Source: Leptonemataceae bacterium (GTDB lineage Bacteria > Spirochaetota > Leptospiria > Leptospirales > Leptonemataceae). From it: a stretch of 64,000 bases of DNA. Below, piece by piece: positions 20,612-31,115 of this stretch. The stretch is taken from the NCBI GenBank assembly GCA_965227295.1, contig OZ245742.1:2912001-2976000 (forward strand), given 5' to 3'. The first letter of the stretch is position 1; each line of letters starts with the position of its first letter. The translations under genes and the position numbers were made by a program. The notes under the pieces are model-generated. The model had not been told where the DNA came from, ran no database searches, and saw nothing but the letters and a program-made list of their open reading frames with translations.

Positions 20612-21166
20612 ATGCTGGAAAAAATCGAAGCACGACGGCTGGCCCGCGCGGCCTGGAAAGATTTCCTGCGCGAGCCGGACCGAATAGAACGCCTCGGCGC
20701 ATTGTTGCGCGCGGAACTTGTGAGTGCCCGCGGTCGCCTGCTGATCTACCTCGCCCTGCCGGATGAATTCGATCTCCTGCCCTGGCTTCGCGAGTTGCCG
20801 GAATCGGTGGAACTCTTTGCGCCGGTCACTTTTGCCGATCGTATGGAGTTTCGCCGCTTCTTGTTGAAAAGCGATCGGGCCGTGCCCGGGTATCGAAACG
20901 TTCCCGGCCCGTCGCCGCGGGCCGAGGCCCTGGCCTGGCCGCTGCAACCGGAGGACGTTGCCGTGATTCCCTGCCTCGGCGTGAATGATCGCGGTTTTCG
21001 TCTGGGCCGGGGCGGAGGATACTACGATCGTATGCGCGCGGAGCTTATGCCGGCGCGGCGCATCGCGCTTTTGCCGCGCGAGTTAAGTGTTATGTCGTTC
21101 GCGGAAGAGGCGCACGATTTACAACTGAACGATATTCTAACGGACGGGGGAATCGTCCGAAGATAA
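20612..21166 (+). CDS. ygfA: 5-formyltetrahydrofolate cyclo-ligase
   Basis: VIPCLG, RLGRGGGYYDR, EAHD; start position uncertain. Confidence 0.9.
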   Translation: MLEKIEARRLARAAWKDFLREPDRIERLGALLRAELVSARGRLLIYLALPDEFDLLPWLRELPESVELFAPVTFADRMEFRRFLLKSDRAVPGYRNVPGPSPRAEALAWPLQPEDVAVIPCLGVNDRGFRLGRGGGYYDRMRAELMPARRIALLPRELSVMSFAEEAHDLQLNDILTDGGIVRR

Positions 21167-21172
21167 ATATTG

Positions 21173-21202
21173 TTGTTCCCCCTGGAACTCGCTCTGTATA
21201 CT
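21173..21202 (+). promoter_or_regulatory. Possible sigma70 promoter for the che cluster
   Basis: TTGTTC-18 nt-TATACT just upstream of cheW. Confidence 0.35.
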
Positions 21203-21219
21203 GTCCCGGACTCAAGCGC

Positions 21220-21735
21220 ATGGACTACGGCAAACTCATACCCGGCGTCGAATTTCTCGGCGATAACCCCGATGAAGAAGGCGCCGGCGAAGACATTCAT
21301 CAGTTTTTAACCTTCGCCGTGGCCGGTGGTGAGTACGGCATCGACGTCCTCGACACCCATGAAATCCTGAAGCCCGTGCTCGTTACGCGGCTGCCGAACG
21401 TAGAAGACGACGTCCTGGGCGTCATCAATTTACGCGGAAACATCATCCCCATTATCGATTTGAATCGCAAGTTTCGCGGCGAGTTCAGCGTCGTGGACGT
21501 GCAGTCGCGCATCATCGTCGTTCACCATCGTGGCAAGTACACCGGACTGTTGGTGGATCGGGTCCTGGAAGTCGCCCAGGTGCCGGAGTCCGGCCTGGAA
21601 GGCTCCGAGGTGCGCGGCCTGTCGAACGAGTACATCGAGGGCGTGGGTCGCAGCAAGGAGCGCCTGTTTCTGATCCTGAACCTGGACATCATCATCAATC
21701 GTCCCGCGGCGGAAATCCAGGAGGCACAGAGCTGA
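21220..21735 (+). CDS. cheW: Chemotaxis adaptor CheW
   Basis: QFLTF, GVINLRGNIIPIIDL, GLLVDRV. Confidence 0.95.
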   Translation: MDYGKLIPGVEFLGDNPDEEGAGEDIHQFLTFAVAGGEYGIDVLDTHEILKPVLVTRLPNVEDDVLGVINLRGNIIPIIDLNRKFRGEFSVVDVQSRIIVVHHRGKYTGLLVDRVLEVAQVPESGLEGSEVRGLSNEYIEGVGRSKERLFLILNLDIIINRPAAEIQEAQS

Positions 21736-24700
21736 TGTCCGACAGCAATCAGGAACGGTACCTCGACATCTTCCTCGAAGAGGCGTCCGAGCAAATCGAC
21801 AATCTCAACGAGAGCCTGCTGCGCCTCGAAAAAGAAGGCGCTCAGGACGGAATCATCAACGAACTCTTTCGCAGCGCGCATACGCTGAAATCGGCGGCGG
21901 CTTTCGTCGGCTTCGATCGCCTCAGCGCGCTCTCGCACAGCATGGAGGATCTGCTCCAGAAGGTTCGCGACGACGAACTGCAAATCAGTACCGAACTGGC
22001 GAACCTCTTTTTTCAGATTGTAGACCGCATTCGCTCGTTTCTTTCGAAGGTTTCCGCGGGTCAGGAAGCGCCGGAGGAATTCGACGATCTTACCCAGGCC
22101 ATCGAGAGTTACGCCGCCGGTGGCGGATCCGTCGCGCAAAGTACATCTGAGCAAAAGTTAGCGGACCCGCCGCCCGCCGCTCCCGCGGTTACGGCCGAAC
22201 CGGCAGGTGCCGCTGCGCCCGCGGAGTCGTCGCCGCCCGCTGCATCGACCGCGTCCGCAAGCGGCGGCGATAAAATGGAATTCATCCAGCTCAGCGCGGA
22301 AGAAGAAGAGGAACTGCGTTCTCTCGCCGGGAGTAAGAACATCTTCGACGGCTGCGTCCGCCTGGACCGCGATTCGGCCATGAAGAACATGCGCTACCTG
22401 CTGCTCTTCGAAAATCTCAAACGCGAGGCGAATCTCTTTCGCTCGCATCCCGGGTCGGAGGCCCTGGAAGGTGACGAGGACATTGAGGCCCTGCGGTTCA
22501 TCGTCTACGGCGACATCGATCGGGCGAAGCTCGCTGCCGTCTGCCAGGTGGATATGGTGGAAGAAGTCCGCCTCGCGGAGCACGCCGTGCCCGGAGCGGC
22601 ACGCCGCCGCCAGGACATGGACAGCGGCCAGGAATCCCGCATTCAATCCAAGAACATCAAGGTGTCGTCCGAGAAGATCGACTACCTCATGAACAACGTC
22701 GGCGAGTTGGTCATCATCAACTCGGGTTTGCAGAAGATCTACGAAGACATGCAAACGAACATGGGCGAATCGGCGGCCCTCTCCGAACTCAAAAACAAGA
22801 TCGACCAGGCCGAGCGCATTGCCCGCGATTTGCAGTCGGGTATCATGAAGACGCGCATGATCCCGGTGGGGCTGGTCTTTCATCGCTTCACGCGACCGGT
22901 GCGGGACCTGTCTCTGGAAATGAACAAGGACGTGGAGCTGGAGTTCCACGGCGAAGACACCGAACTCGACAAGAACATCATCGACGCCCTTTCGGAACCG
23001 CTGTTGCACCTGCTGCGGAACTCCATGGACCACGGCATTGAATCGGCGGAAGAGCGGGCGAAGACCGGCAAACCCCCCGCCGCGAAACTTGCACTCAACT
23101 CGTATCAGAGCGGGAACAACATTATCATCGAGGTCTCCGACGACGGCCGCGGCCTCAATCGCCAGCGCATCTTTCAGCAGGCCGTGAAGAAAGGCCTGGT
23201 GAACCCCGACGCGGACCTGCGCGACGAAGAAGTCTACGACTTAATCTTTCACTCCGGCTTCTCCACGGCGGACGCCGTGACCGACATCAGCGGCCGCGGC
23301 GTGGGCATGAACGTCGTAAAGAAGATGGTCGAAGACTTTAAGGGCAACGTGCAGATTGTCTCCACTCCGGGCCAGGGCACCACGTTTCTGCTGTCGTTCC
23401 CGCTGACGCTGGCCATCTTTTCGGCCATCATTGTTTCGCTGAAAGACGAAGAATACGCCTTCCCCCTGGCCGATGTCGTGGAAACCATTAAGGTCTCCCA
23501 GGATGAAATTACGTCTTTGCAGGGCCGCGACATCATTAACCTGCGCGGCGACATCCTGCCGGTCTTTCACCTGGGCGAGATCATGGGTTTCCCGCCGGAA
23601 GAGGAAGTCGAAGAGTTCCCCGTGCTCATTGCCATGTCAGCGAACCGCAAGGTCGGCTTCATCGTCGACGGACTCAACGGCAAACGTGAAATCGTAATCA
23701 AATCTCTGGAGCAAAACTTCAAGAGTGTGCGCGGACTCATCGGCGCGTCGATCATGGGGGACGGCCGCATCATCATGGTCGTCGACGTCCAGGGCCTGCT
23801 GGACATGACCCAGCGGCGCGGCCTCAAGGAACTGCCCGGGCGCCAGCTCGAAGAAGTCCACGACGCCACCGAAGCTTACGCTGCGGTGCAGGCCTACAAC
23901 GAACGCGTGGCGGAGCTGATCGAACAGCAACGCCAGTCGGCCATGGAATGGGAGTTCGGTTTCGACGAGGAGCTCGCTGAAGAGCGTCGCAAAGTCGAAG
24001 CCCAGGCCCTGGCCACCGGCGTCGCCGCGGGAACGTCCGCTCCCGCCCCGGCGGCGATTCCGGCGGACTCCCGGGCCGGCGACAGCCGCGACACGTCCCG
24101 GATGATGCGCGACGAAATGGAGCGCCGCCCGGACTCCGGCGGCTCCGGACGCGCCGATACCATTCCCGCGCGCCCCGTGGCGCCCATGCCTGGAGAAGCG
24201 GCACCGGCGGCGCCCGCTCCGGAGAAAGAACGCGCCGCGCCCCTGCGCGAACTCTCCGAAGAGGATTATCAAAAATTGTTTTCATTGATCAGCACCGGCA
24301 TGACCAATGCCGGCGGGGTTCTGTCCCAGTTGCTCGGCGTGAAGGTCGAGGTCTCCGTTCCGGAGTTCAAGACCATGGAGTACTCCGATCTCCGCGGCCA
24401 CATGCCGAAGGGCGGTCTGCTCGCTTCGGCGGTGGAGGCCGAGGAGGGCATGGACGCCGTCGTCCTTTTGGTCTTCGACGAAACCACCGGTTACCAGGCG
24501 GCAGGGGATCTCATGGGCGTCCCGCAGGAGCAATGGGGGCCGGACGGCATCAGCGACGAGGACCTGGGGTCCGTGCTCATGGAGTTGATCAACATCGTCG
24601 GCGCCAGCGTTTTGAACGAGATGTCCAACAAGACCGGCCTGACCATTACGCCGACGGTACCCGAGTTCCGGCGCGGCGACTCCGAAAAGATCGTGCAGTG

Positions 24701-24854
24701 GATCGACGAAAAAGAAGGCAAGGGTGCCGAAGCCCGCGGCCTCAAAGTGCTCTACATCACCGCCGACTTCTTCCGCCAGGACCTGGAGTTCCTGGGACGA
24801 CTGTTCATGATTCCGTCGTCACGCTCCCTGGCCAGAGTGGTAAACAAACTCTGA
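21735..24854 (+). CDS. cheA: Chemotaxis kinase CheA with C-terminal CheC-like domain
   Basis: Hpt FRSAHTLKS, NNVGELVI, HLLRNSMDHGIE, DDGRG, SGRGVGM, CheW domain; C-terminal about 200 aa CheC-like with ELINI. Confidence 0.95.
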   Translation: MSDSNQERYLDIFLEEASEQIDNLNESLLRLEKEGAQDGIINELFRSAHTLKSAAAFVGFDRLSALSHSMEDLLQKVRDDELQISTELANLFFQIVDRIRSFLSKVSAGQEAPEEFDDLTQAIESYAAGGGSVAQSTSEQKLADPPPAAPAVTAEPAGAAAPAESSPPAASTASASGGDKMEFIQLSAEEEEELRSLAGSKNIFDGCVRLDRDSAMKNMRYLLLFENLKREANLFRSHPGSEALEGDEDIEALRFIVYGDIDRAKLAAVCQVDMVEEVRLAEHAVPGAARRRQDMDSGQESRIQSKNIKVSSEKIDYLMNNVGELVIINSGLQKIYEDMQTNMGESAALSELKNKIDQAERIARDLQSGIMKTRMIPVGLVFHRFTRPVRDLSLEMNKDVELEFHGEDTELDKNIIDALSEPLLHLLRNSMDHGIESAEERAKTGKPPAAKLALNSYQSGNNIIIEVSDDGRGLNRQRIFQQAVKKGLVNPDADLRDEEVYDLIFHSGFSTADAVTDISGRGVGMNVVKKMVEDFKGNVQIVSTPGQGTTFLLSFPLTLAIFSAIIVSLKDEEYAFPLADVVETIKVSQDEITSLQGRDIINLRGDILPVFHLGEIMGFPPEEEVEEFPVLIAMSANRKVGFIVDGLNGKREIVIKSLEQNFKSVRGLIGASIMGDGRIIMVVDVQGLLDMTQRRGLKELPGRQLEEVHDATEAYAAVQAYNERVAELIEQQRQSAMEWEFGFDEELAEERRKVEAQALATGVAAGTSAPAPAAIPADSRAGDSRDTSRMMRDEMERRPDSGGSGRADTIPARPVAPMPGEAAPAAPAPEKERAAPLRELSEEDYQKLFSLISTGMTNAGGVLSQLLGVKVEVSVPEFKTMEYSDLRGHMPKGGLLASAVEAEEGMDAVVLLVFDETTGYQAAGDLMGVPQEQWGPDGISDEDLGSVLMELINIVGASVLNEMSNKTGLTITPTVPEFRRGDSEKIVQWIDEKEGKGAEARGLKVLYITADFFRQDLEFLGRLFMIPSSRSLARVVNKL

Positions 24855-24885
24855 ACGACCGGTTTACTTTTTAATTAATTCATCT

Positions 24886-25956
24886 ATGACCTTTCGCATC
24901 CTACTCGTGGACGACAGTCGCCTCACCCGGCGCATCGTCTCAGATGTACTTACAGGCATAGACGGCGTGAGCATTGCCGGGGAGGCGGGCAACGGCAAGG
25001 AGTGCCTGGAGTTTCTGCGTACCCATGCGGTTCCGGATTTGATCATCATGGACGTGGAGATGCCCGAACTGGACGGCATTGCCACGCTGAAGATGATGCA
25101 GCAGGAAGGCCTGAAAGTACCCGTGCTCATGCTCTCCGTGCTGACCCAGGCCGGAGCCTTTACCACGTTTCGCGCTCTCGATCTGGGCGCCCTGGATTTC
25201 GTACCCAAGCCCGGTCCCGACAGTGACCTGGGCGTGGAACAGATTGAAAGTCTGCTGAAGAATCGTGTGCAGGAAATCATTCAGAGTCGTCAGGATACCG
25301 GCCCGGCCCGGCCGGTACCGGCGGTTTCCGGTTCGCCGGACGGCACCGCGCCCCGGGTCAACCTGTCCACGCCGGCCGTGCCCGGACAGTACGATGTGTT
25401 GCTCATCGGCGCTTCGACGGGCGGCCCCCAGGCGCTTCAGGAAATCTTCCGCAATCTTCCGCAAAACTTTCCAGCACCGGTCATCCTTGTGCAGCACATG
25501 CCGCCGTTTTTTACGGCGGCCTTCGCGGATCGTTTGAACAATCTCGGCTCACTTTCGGTAGTGGAAGCGATCAGCGGGATGCCGCTCAAGCCGGGTCACG
25601 CCTACGTGGCGCCGGGAAATCGACACCTGCTCGTTACAACGAACGGTGACGAAGTTCTTACGGAACTGAACGATGATCCGCCGCTGCGCGCGCATAAACC
25701 GGCGATTGACAGGACACTGCTGTCCGTGGTAGACGCCTACGGTGGACGGGCCGCGGCGCTGATCATGACCGGAATGGGTCGAGACGGCGTCGAAGGCGCG
25801 CAGGCGCTCTGCCGGGCCGGGGGCTTCGTCCTCGCGCAGGATGAGGCGTCCAGTGTTGTGTACGGCATGAACCGCCGGGCGGTGGAAGCCGGAGTGGTGC
25901 ACGAAGTGGTACCGCTAAAAAATATAGTTGAAGTTCTATCCAGATATTTTCCTTAG
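24886..25956 (+). CDS. cheB: Chemotaxis methylesterase CheB
   Basis: Receiver domain plus GASTGGP, VQHMP, TGMGRDG. Confidence 0.96.
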   Translation: MTFRILLVDDSRLTRRIVSDVLTGIDGVSIAGEAGNGKECLEFLRTHAVPDLIIMDVEMPELDGIATLKMMQQEGLKVPVLMLSVLTQAGAFTTFRALDLGALDFVPKPGPDSDLGVEQIESLLKNRVQEIIQSRQDTGPARPVPAVSGSPDGTAPRVNLSTPAVPGQYDVLLIGASTGGPQALQEIFRNLPQNFPAPVILVQHMPPFFTAAFADRLNNLGSLSVVEAISGMPLKPGHAYVAPGNRHLLVTTNGDEVLTELNDDPPLRAHKPAIDRTLLSVVDAYGGRAAALIMTGMGRDGVEGAQALCRAGGFVLAQDEASSVVYGMNRRAVEAGVVHEVVPLKNIVEVLSRYFP

Positions 25957-25972
25957 ACGGGAGGGGTATACT

Positions 25973-26332
25973 GTGGCTCGCGTGCTCATAGTTGATGATG
26001 CAAAATTTATGCGTACTCTGGTGCGGGATGCTTTAACCGCGGCAGGGCACGAGATCGTCGGAGAGGCCGAAAACGGCAATCAGGCGGTCGCCATGTATGA
26101 CGAAACCAAACCGGATCTTGTGACCATGGACATCACCATGCGCGAGAAGGACGGTCTGGAGGCTGCTCAGGAGATTCTCTCTAAAGACGGAGCGGCGCGC
26201 ATCATCATGGTTACGGCTCTCGGTCAGGAGGATCTCCTGGCGAAGGCCATCAAAATGGGCGTAAAGGACTTTGTAGTCAAACCGTTCCCGCCGGAGCGTC
26301 TCCAGCAGGCCGCGGCGAAAGCCCTGAGCTGA
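25973..26332 (+). CDS. cheY: Chemotaxis response regulator CheY
   Basis: GTG start after GGAGG; IVDDAKFMR, VTMDITM, KPF. Confidence 0.93.
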   Translation: MARVLIVDDAKFMRTLVRDALTAAGHEIVGEAENGNQAVAMYDETKPDLVTMDITMREKDGLEAAQEILSKDGAARIIMVTALGQEDLLAKAIKMGVKDFVVKPFPPERLQQAAAKALS

Positions 26333-26413
26333 TCCGGCCTCTCTAATCACATCACCGGTACTCGTAAACGAGCGTTGGGCGTGCTTTCGCACGGACCGGA
26401 GAATAGCTATCTT

Positions 26414-27382
26414 ATGTCCAGGCCCGAGAACGAAGGCGATGCCGATGTGCAGAGCGTTGTCGACGCTCCTGCCGATGATCCGTCCCCGGCAGTGCCGGAG
26501 GCGGACGGGGACTTGAATCGTCCGGCCGAAACAGCTTCCGATACAGACGCAACGGAAGCCGAAGCCGGCGAGGCCAGCGCAGAAAACGGCGAGCAAGGCG
26601 AGGGCGGCGTTCGCGATCCCCTCGACGAATTTCCCGTTACCTGGATGAACCAGGAAGGGGAGCCCGAGCAGGGCCCGCTCTATGTCCTCTGGGAACTGAT
26701 CGAAAGCTATCGCGTCGATATCTTCGAAGTCTCGCTGCATCGTATCACCGAGGACTTTCTTCAATTCTTACGGCGTGCTGAGGAGCTGCGCGTGGAGCTG
26801 GCCTCCTCGTTTGCGGTCATGGCCTCGCGCCTCATCTATTACAAAAGCCGCGCGCTGTTGCCCGATCCCGGTTTCGAAGAGGCCGACGACGAAGCCCGCA
26901 TGCCGCCGGAACTCGTACAGCAGCTTTTGGAGTACCGCAAGTTTCAACTGGCGGCGGAGAATCTGCGCCAGTTGGACGAGACCTCGGCGGGCATGCTGAG
27001 CCGGAAGACCGGCCTCGTTCCTCACACCGGTAGCGACGACTCCAACGAGTGGCTGGATGTAAGTCTGGTGGACTTGATCCAGGCCTACTCGAACCTTCTC
27101 AATCGCCACACGGAAGAAGAGGTCGAGGAGGAGCGCTACGAGATCGAGATGGAAGAGTTCTCGGTCGCCGACAAGTCCGAGTACCTGCGCGGTCTCTTAC
27201 AGGAGAACCAGTCCTTCTCGTTCGACGAACTCTTTGAGAACATCGAGGAGATGTCCCGGGGCGAAATCATTGCGACGTTCCTGGCGCTGCTCGAGATGAC
27301 CAAGCAGGGGGAAATCATCCTGCGCCAGAAAGCCAACTTCGAAGAGATTCGCGTCTTCAAAAAGAGCGTGCTCGTCCGCTGA
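26414..27382 (+). CDS. scpA: Segregation and condensation protein A
   Basis: QGPLYVLWELI, KSRALLP, LLEYRKF, TFLALLEM; acidic N-terminal extension; start uncertain. Confidence 0.9.
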   Translation: MSRPENEGDADVQSVVDAPADDPSPAVPEADGDLNRPAETASDTDATEAEAGEASAENGEQGEGGVRDPLDEFPVTWMNQEGEPEQGPLYVLWELIESYRVDIFEVSLHRITEDFLQFLRRAEELRVELASSFAVMASRLIYYKSRALLPDPGFEEADDEARMPPELVQQLLEYRKFQLAAENLRQLDETSAGMLSRKTGLVPHTGSDDSNEWLDVSLVDLIQAYSNLLNRHTEEEVEEERYEIEMEEFSVADKSEYLRGLLQENQSFSFDELFENIEEMSRGEIIATFLALLEMTKQGEIILRQKANFEEIRVFKKSVLVR

Positions 27383-27393
27383 CAATCGAAATC

Positions 27394-28140
27394 GTGGCTG
27401 GAATCATGATGGTCGAGCAAAACGAACAGAGCGACGAAGACGAACTGGATCGCCAGGACGAAGAGCACGACGACGGCGACGTCCAGGCCGCGTCCGCGGA
27501 CGACGAGGCGGAGCACGACCCCGAACAGGGCGAGCTGGTCCGGGTGCCGGTCAGCGAGAGCGCGGACGCCGGCCTGCCGGAGCACCGCGAACTCACCGCC
27601 GAGGAAATGGACTACTACCGCGGCCTCCTCGAAGCAGTGATCTTTATGGGCACCGAACCGGTGTCGCTTTCCGTGCTGGCGAAACGCGCCCAGCTCGATC
27701 GCGTGAACGCCCGCATCCTGGTGGACTCACTCATCGACGACTACTCCGAGCGGGACAGCGGCGTCATCCTGCGCGAAATCGCGGGGGGCTATCAGTTCAT
27801 TACGTCGGAGCGCTACAGCCTGGCGGTCAAAGAAATCTTCAAAGAACAACGTCGCGAAACTTTATCTCGCAGTACCTTAGAGACCCTCGCCATCATCGCG
27901 TACCGTCAGCCCATTACGCTGCCGGAGATCGACGACGTACGCGGCGTGAATTCCCGCGCCATGGTCACGCAACTGCTTCAGCGTAAGTTGATCAAACCCC
28001 AGGGCTACCGCCCGGTGCCGGGTCGGCCAACGCTCTACGTCACCACGCGTCAGTTTCTCTCGCACTTCGCGTTGAACTCCCTCGCCGATATGCCGCCCCT
28101 GGAGGAAGTCAAAGAACTCAAGTTCGACGACCTGGATTGA
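27394..28140 (+). CDS. scpB: Segregation and condensation protein B
   Basis: LEAVIF, AGGYQF, LETLAIIAYRQPIT, GRPTLY. Confidence 0.93.
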   Translation: MAGIMMVEQNEQSDEDELDRQDEEHDDGDVQAASADDEAEHDPEQGELVRVPVSESADAGLPEHRELTAEEMDYYRGLLEAVIFMGTEPVSLSVLAKRAQLDRVNARILVDSLIDDYSERDSGVILREIAGGYQFITSERYSLAVKEIFKEQRRETLSRSTLETLAIIAYRQPITLPEIDDVRGVNSRAMVTQLLQRKLIKPQGYRPVPGRPTLYVTTRQFLSHFALNSLADMPPLEEVKELKFDDLD

Positions 28141-29318
28141 TGGCAGCGAGCAACGGCAACCCACCGGCCGGCGCCGACGATCTTCCTGAAGACCTGGCGG
28201 CGCTGCGTGCGGGCATCGACGAGACCGATCGCGAGATCGTGCGTTTGATTCTGCGTCGGGCCGAACTCGCGCGCAAGGTCGGCGAAACGAAGCGCAAGTC
28301 CGGCGGCGTCATCTTCCGTCCCGATCGCGAAAAGCAGGTCTACGCGAACATCGCGCGCATTGCCACCGAACTCTACGGACCGCAGCCGCCGTTTCCCGTG
28401 GAGATCCTGGAACACGTTTACCGTGAAATTATTTCCGGAAGCATCGCCATCGAAGGCGGCCCGGTCGTCGCCTATCTCGGACCACCGTCGTCGTTTTCGC
28501 ACCTGGCGACGCGACTGCGCTTCGGCGCTTCCGTGGACGCGCTGCCCGTCGACACGATTCCCGGTGTCTTTCGCGCGGTGGAGACCAGTCGCGACGCCGC
28601 CTTCGGTGTCGTGCCGGTCGATAACACGAGCGAGGGCGCGGTCGGTGTGACCCTGGATTGTTTTTTATCTTCGGAACTGCGCATCTACTCCGAGCACTAC
28701 ATCCGCGTGGAACTGAATCTCATGCGCAAAGCGCCGGCGAACGGAGACGGGCCGTCCGGCGCGGACGTCGATCTCTCGGATGTGCGCAAGATCTATACGA
28801 TCAAGATCGCGAAGGACCAGTGCCGGCAGTGGCTGGAGAATCATTTAAACATGCGCCGCGTGGAGATCGTGGAGACTTCCAGTACTGCCGCGGCGGCGAA
28901 ACTCGTCGCCGAACGCGGGGATGGCGTGGCCATCGCCTCGGAACTCGCGGCGGAAATGTACGGCCTGGAAATTCTGCGCCGGGGCATTCAGGACAAGGCC
29001 TACAACGTTACGCGTTTTTTCGTGATCGGCACCGAGCAGTGCCCGCCCACCGGAGACGACAAGACGTCGTTCGTCTGCGCGTTGCACGATCGTCCCGGGA
29101 GTCTGTACCAGATGCTCAAGCCCTTCGAGGAACGCGGCATCAATCTTACGCGCATCGAATCCCGGGCGAACCGCGGCACCATTCGCGGCTACAACTTCTT
29201 CGTGGACTGCACCGGCCATCACCAGGATCCGCAGTTGCAGGGTATCCTGGATGAGGTGGAAGAACACACCACCATGCTGAAAATCCTCGGCAGTTATCCG
29301 CGCATGAATCCGCCGTGA
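28140..29318 (+). CDS. pheA: Chorismate mutase / prephenate dehydratase
   Basis: LRAGIDETD CM domain, VAYLGP, NVTRF, ACT domain PGSLY...NLTRIESR. Confidence 0.93.
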   Translation: MAASNGNPPAGADDLPEDLAALRAGIDETDREIVRLILRRAELARKVGETKRKSGGVIFRPDREKQVYANIARIATELYGPQPPFPVEILEHVYREIISGSIAIEGGPVVAYLGPPSSFSHLATRLRFGASVDALPVDTIPGVFRAVETSRDAAFGVVPVDNTSEGAVGVTLDCFLSSELRIYSEHYIRVELNLMRKAPANGDGPSGADVDLSDVRKIYTIKIAKDQCRQWLENHLNMRRVEIVETSSTAAAAKLVAERGDGVAIASELAAEMYGLEILRRGIQDKAYNVTRFFVIGTEQCPPTGDDKTSFVCALHDRPGSLYQMLKPFEERGINLTRIESRANRGTIRGYNFFVDCTGHHQDPQLQGILDEVEEHTTMLKILGSYPRMNPP

Positions 29319-30277
29319 GCCTGCACGAACACAAACCAGACGACGGCGAGTTCCGTTCTATTTTGATTTACGGCATGGGTATGATGGGCGCGTCCCTGGC
29401 CCATGCGTTGCGACATCATTCTTCGGCGCGAGTCGCGGGCGTGGTGCGCAGCGATTCCAGCGCGGCCTTCCTGCGCGGCCACAACCTGGCCGACGAGGTC
29501 CTGGTAATCCCCGACGAGGAAGCCGCCGCCGGCCTGGACCTCGGGCCGTACGATCTCATTGTGCTGGGTACGCCGGTGTCTTCCGTGCTGAAACTGGCCG
29601 GGGCGCTTTCGTTAAGTTCGTTTCGTGGCATCTTAACGGACATGTCCTCGACGCGTCGGGACGTGCAGGCGGCCTTCGCCGGCAAAGACGACGTGACCTT
29701 CGTGGGTTCGCATCCCATGTGCGGTTCCGAGGATCGCGGGCCGCAGGCGGCGGTGCCGGAGTTGTTCTTGAATCGATTGTGTATTCTTACCCCGCTCCAA
29801 CCCGACGAGCGTCCGCATCTTCCGGAGGCGGTGTATGCCTCGGCGCTGGCGCGCGTCGAATCGTTCTGGCAGAGCCTCGGTATGAAGACCTTCGTCCTGG
29901 ACGCCGACGATCACGATGAGGTACTCGCCTACTTGAGTCACGGCCCGCACTTGATTTCGAGTTTGCTTTCGCTCTGGGCGGAGTCGCCGGCCGTGCTGAA
30001 CGCGGGCGAGCGCGCGCCCATGCCGATCACCGGGGGCGGTTTCAAAGGCATGGCGCGCATTGCGGGATCGAATCCGGAAATGTGGACGGCCATCTTGCAG
30101 AGCAATCGCGATCACTTACGCGCGGCCATGCGCGGCTTTCGCGCGCAACTTGACGCCCTGATCGATGACCTCGACAAGGCTCTCCCCGGTGATGCGGACA
30201 GCGAACGCTGGCAGGAGTGGTTTCGCCGGGCGCGCCTCGCTCGCAATCGTCTCTGTGGTTATCCGGAGGACGAGTGA
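29315..30277 (+). CDS. tyrA: Prephenate dehydrogenase
   Basis: GMGMMGAS, FVGSHPMCGSE, HDEVLAYLSH, RIAGSNPEMW. Confidence 0.92.
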   Translation: MSLHEHKPDDGEFRSILIYGMGMMGASLAHALRHHSSARVAGVVRSDSSAAFLRGHNLADEVLVIPDEEAAAGLDLGPYDLIVLGTPVSSVLKLAGALSLSSFRGILTDMSSTRRDVQAAFAGKDDVTFVGSHPMCGSEDRGPQAAVPELFLNRLCILTPLQPDERPHLPEAVYASALARVESFWQSLGMKTFVLDADDHDEVLAYLSHGPHLISSLLSLWAESPAVLNAGERAPMPITGGGFKGMARIAGSNPEMWTAILQSNRDHLRAAMRGFRAQLDALIDDLDKALPGDADSERWQEWFRRARLARNRLCGYPEDE

Positions 30278-30296
30278 GGCGGTCGATCAAACTCTT

Positions 30297-31034
30297 ATGA
30301 AGAATGCGAACACAACCAACTCCGATCACAAGGTCGTCGCCCTGGACGGGCCGGCGGGGTCGGGCAAAAGCACCGTTGCGGGGCGCCTGGCGCGGCGTTT
30401 GAACATGATCCACGCCGATTCCGGGGCCATGTACCGCACGTTGACTCTCGCGTGCATGGATCGTGTGGGGGCCGGCGAGAGTCCGGCGGACTTTTCCGAA
30501 CGGCTGGACGCGGCGAACCTGGACCCGACAAGCCTGGGCGTGGAAGTGGTGATGGATTCCGGCGACGGTTCCGAAGCGCGTCAGTCGAACCGGATCGACG
30601 GTAGAGATGTGGGCGATCGCATTCGCACGCCGGAAGTGACCGCTCGCATTCGTTACATTGCGGATTCGGTGGCGTTTCGGGAAGTGGTCAACGATTTGCT
30701 GAGAGACTTCGCCCGGCAGACGGACCTGGTCGTGGACGGCCGGGACATCGGCACGGTTGTGTTTCCCGACACGCCGTTTAAGTTCTTTCTCGAAGCTTCC
30801 GTGGAAGTGCGGGCGGAGCGGCGCCGACAGGACTTTCTGGCCCAGGGCAAGGCCGCGGACGACATCCCCCTGGAGCAGTTGCAACGCGAAATCGCCGATC
30901 GGGATGAACAGGATCGCCGACGCCCCGTGGGAGCGTTGCGCCAGGCGGATGACGCCATTTTGATTGACACTTCTTCCCTCGATGTGGATGCTGTCGTTCA
31001 CAGGGTCCTGAGTCATTTACAAATAGAGTTTTGA
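30297..31034 (+). CDS. cmk: Cytidylate kinase
   Basis: ALDGPAGSGKST, DSGAMYR, DGRDIGTVVFPD; ATG 30297 chosen to avoid overlap with tyrA. Confidence 0.95.
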   Translation: MKNANTTNSDHKVVALDGPAGSGKSTVAGRLARRLNMIHADSGAMYRTLTLACMDRVGAGESPADFSERLDAANLDPTSLGVEVVMDSGDGSEARQSNRIDGRDVGDRIRTPEVTARIRYIADSVAFREVVNDLLRDFARQTDLVVDGRDIGTVVFPDTPFKFFLEASVEVRAERRRQDFLAQGKAADDIPLEQLQREIADRDEQDRRRPVGALRQADDAILIDTSSLDVDAVVHRVLSHLQIEF

Positions 31035-31115
31035 TCTCCCCTGCCATTTTTACTCAACGCCTCGCCCGAGCGCAGCAACTTCAATCTCTAAGCTTTTTGG
31101 AATCTACGAACCCCG

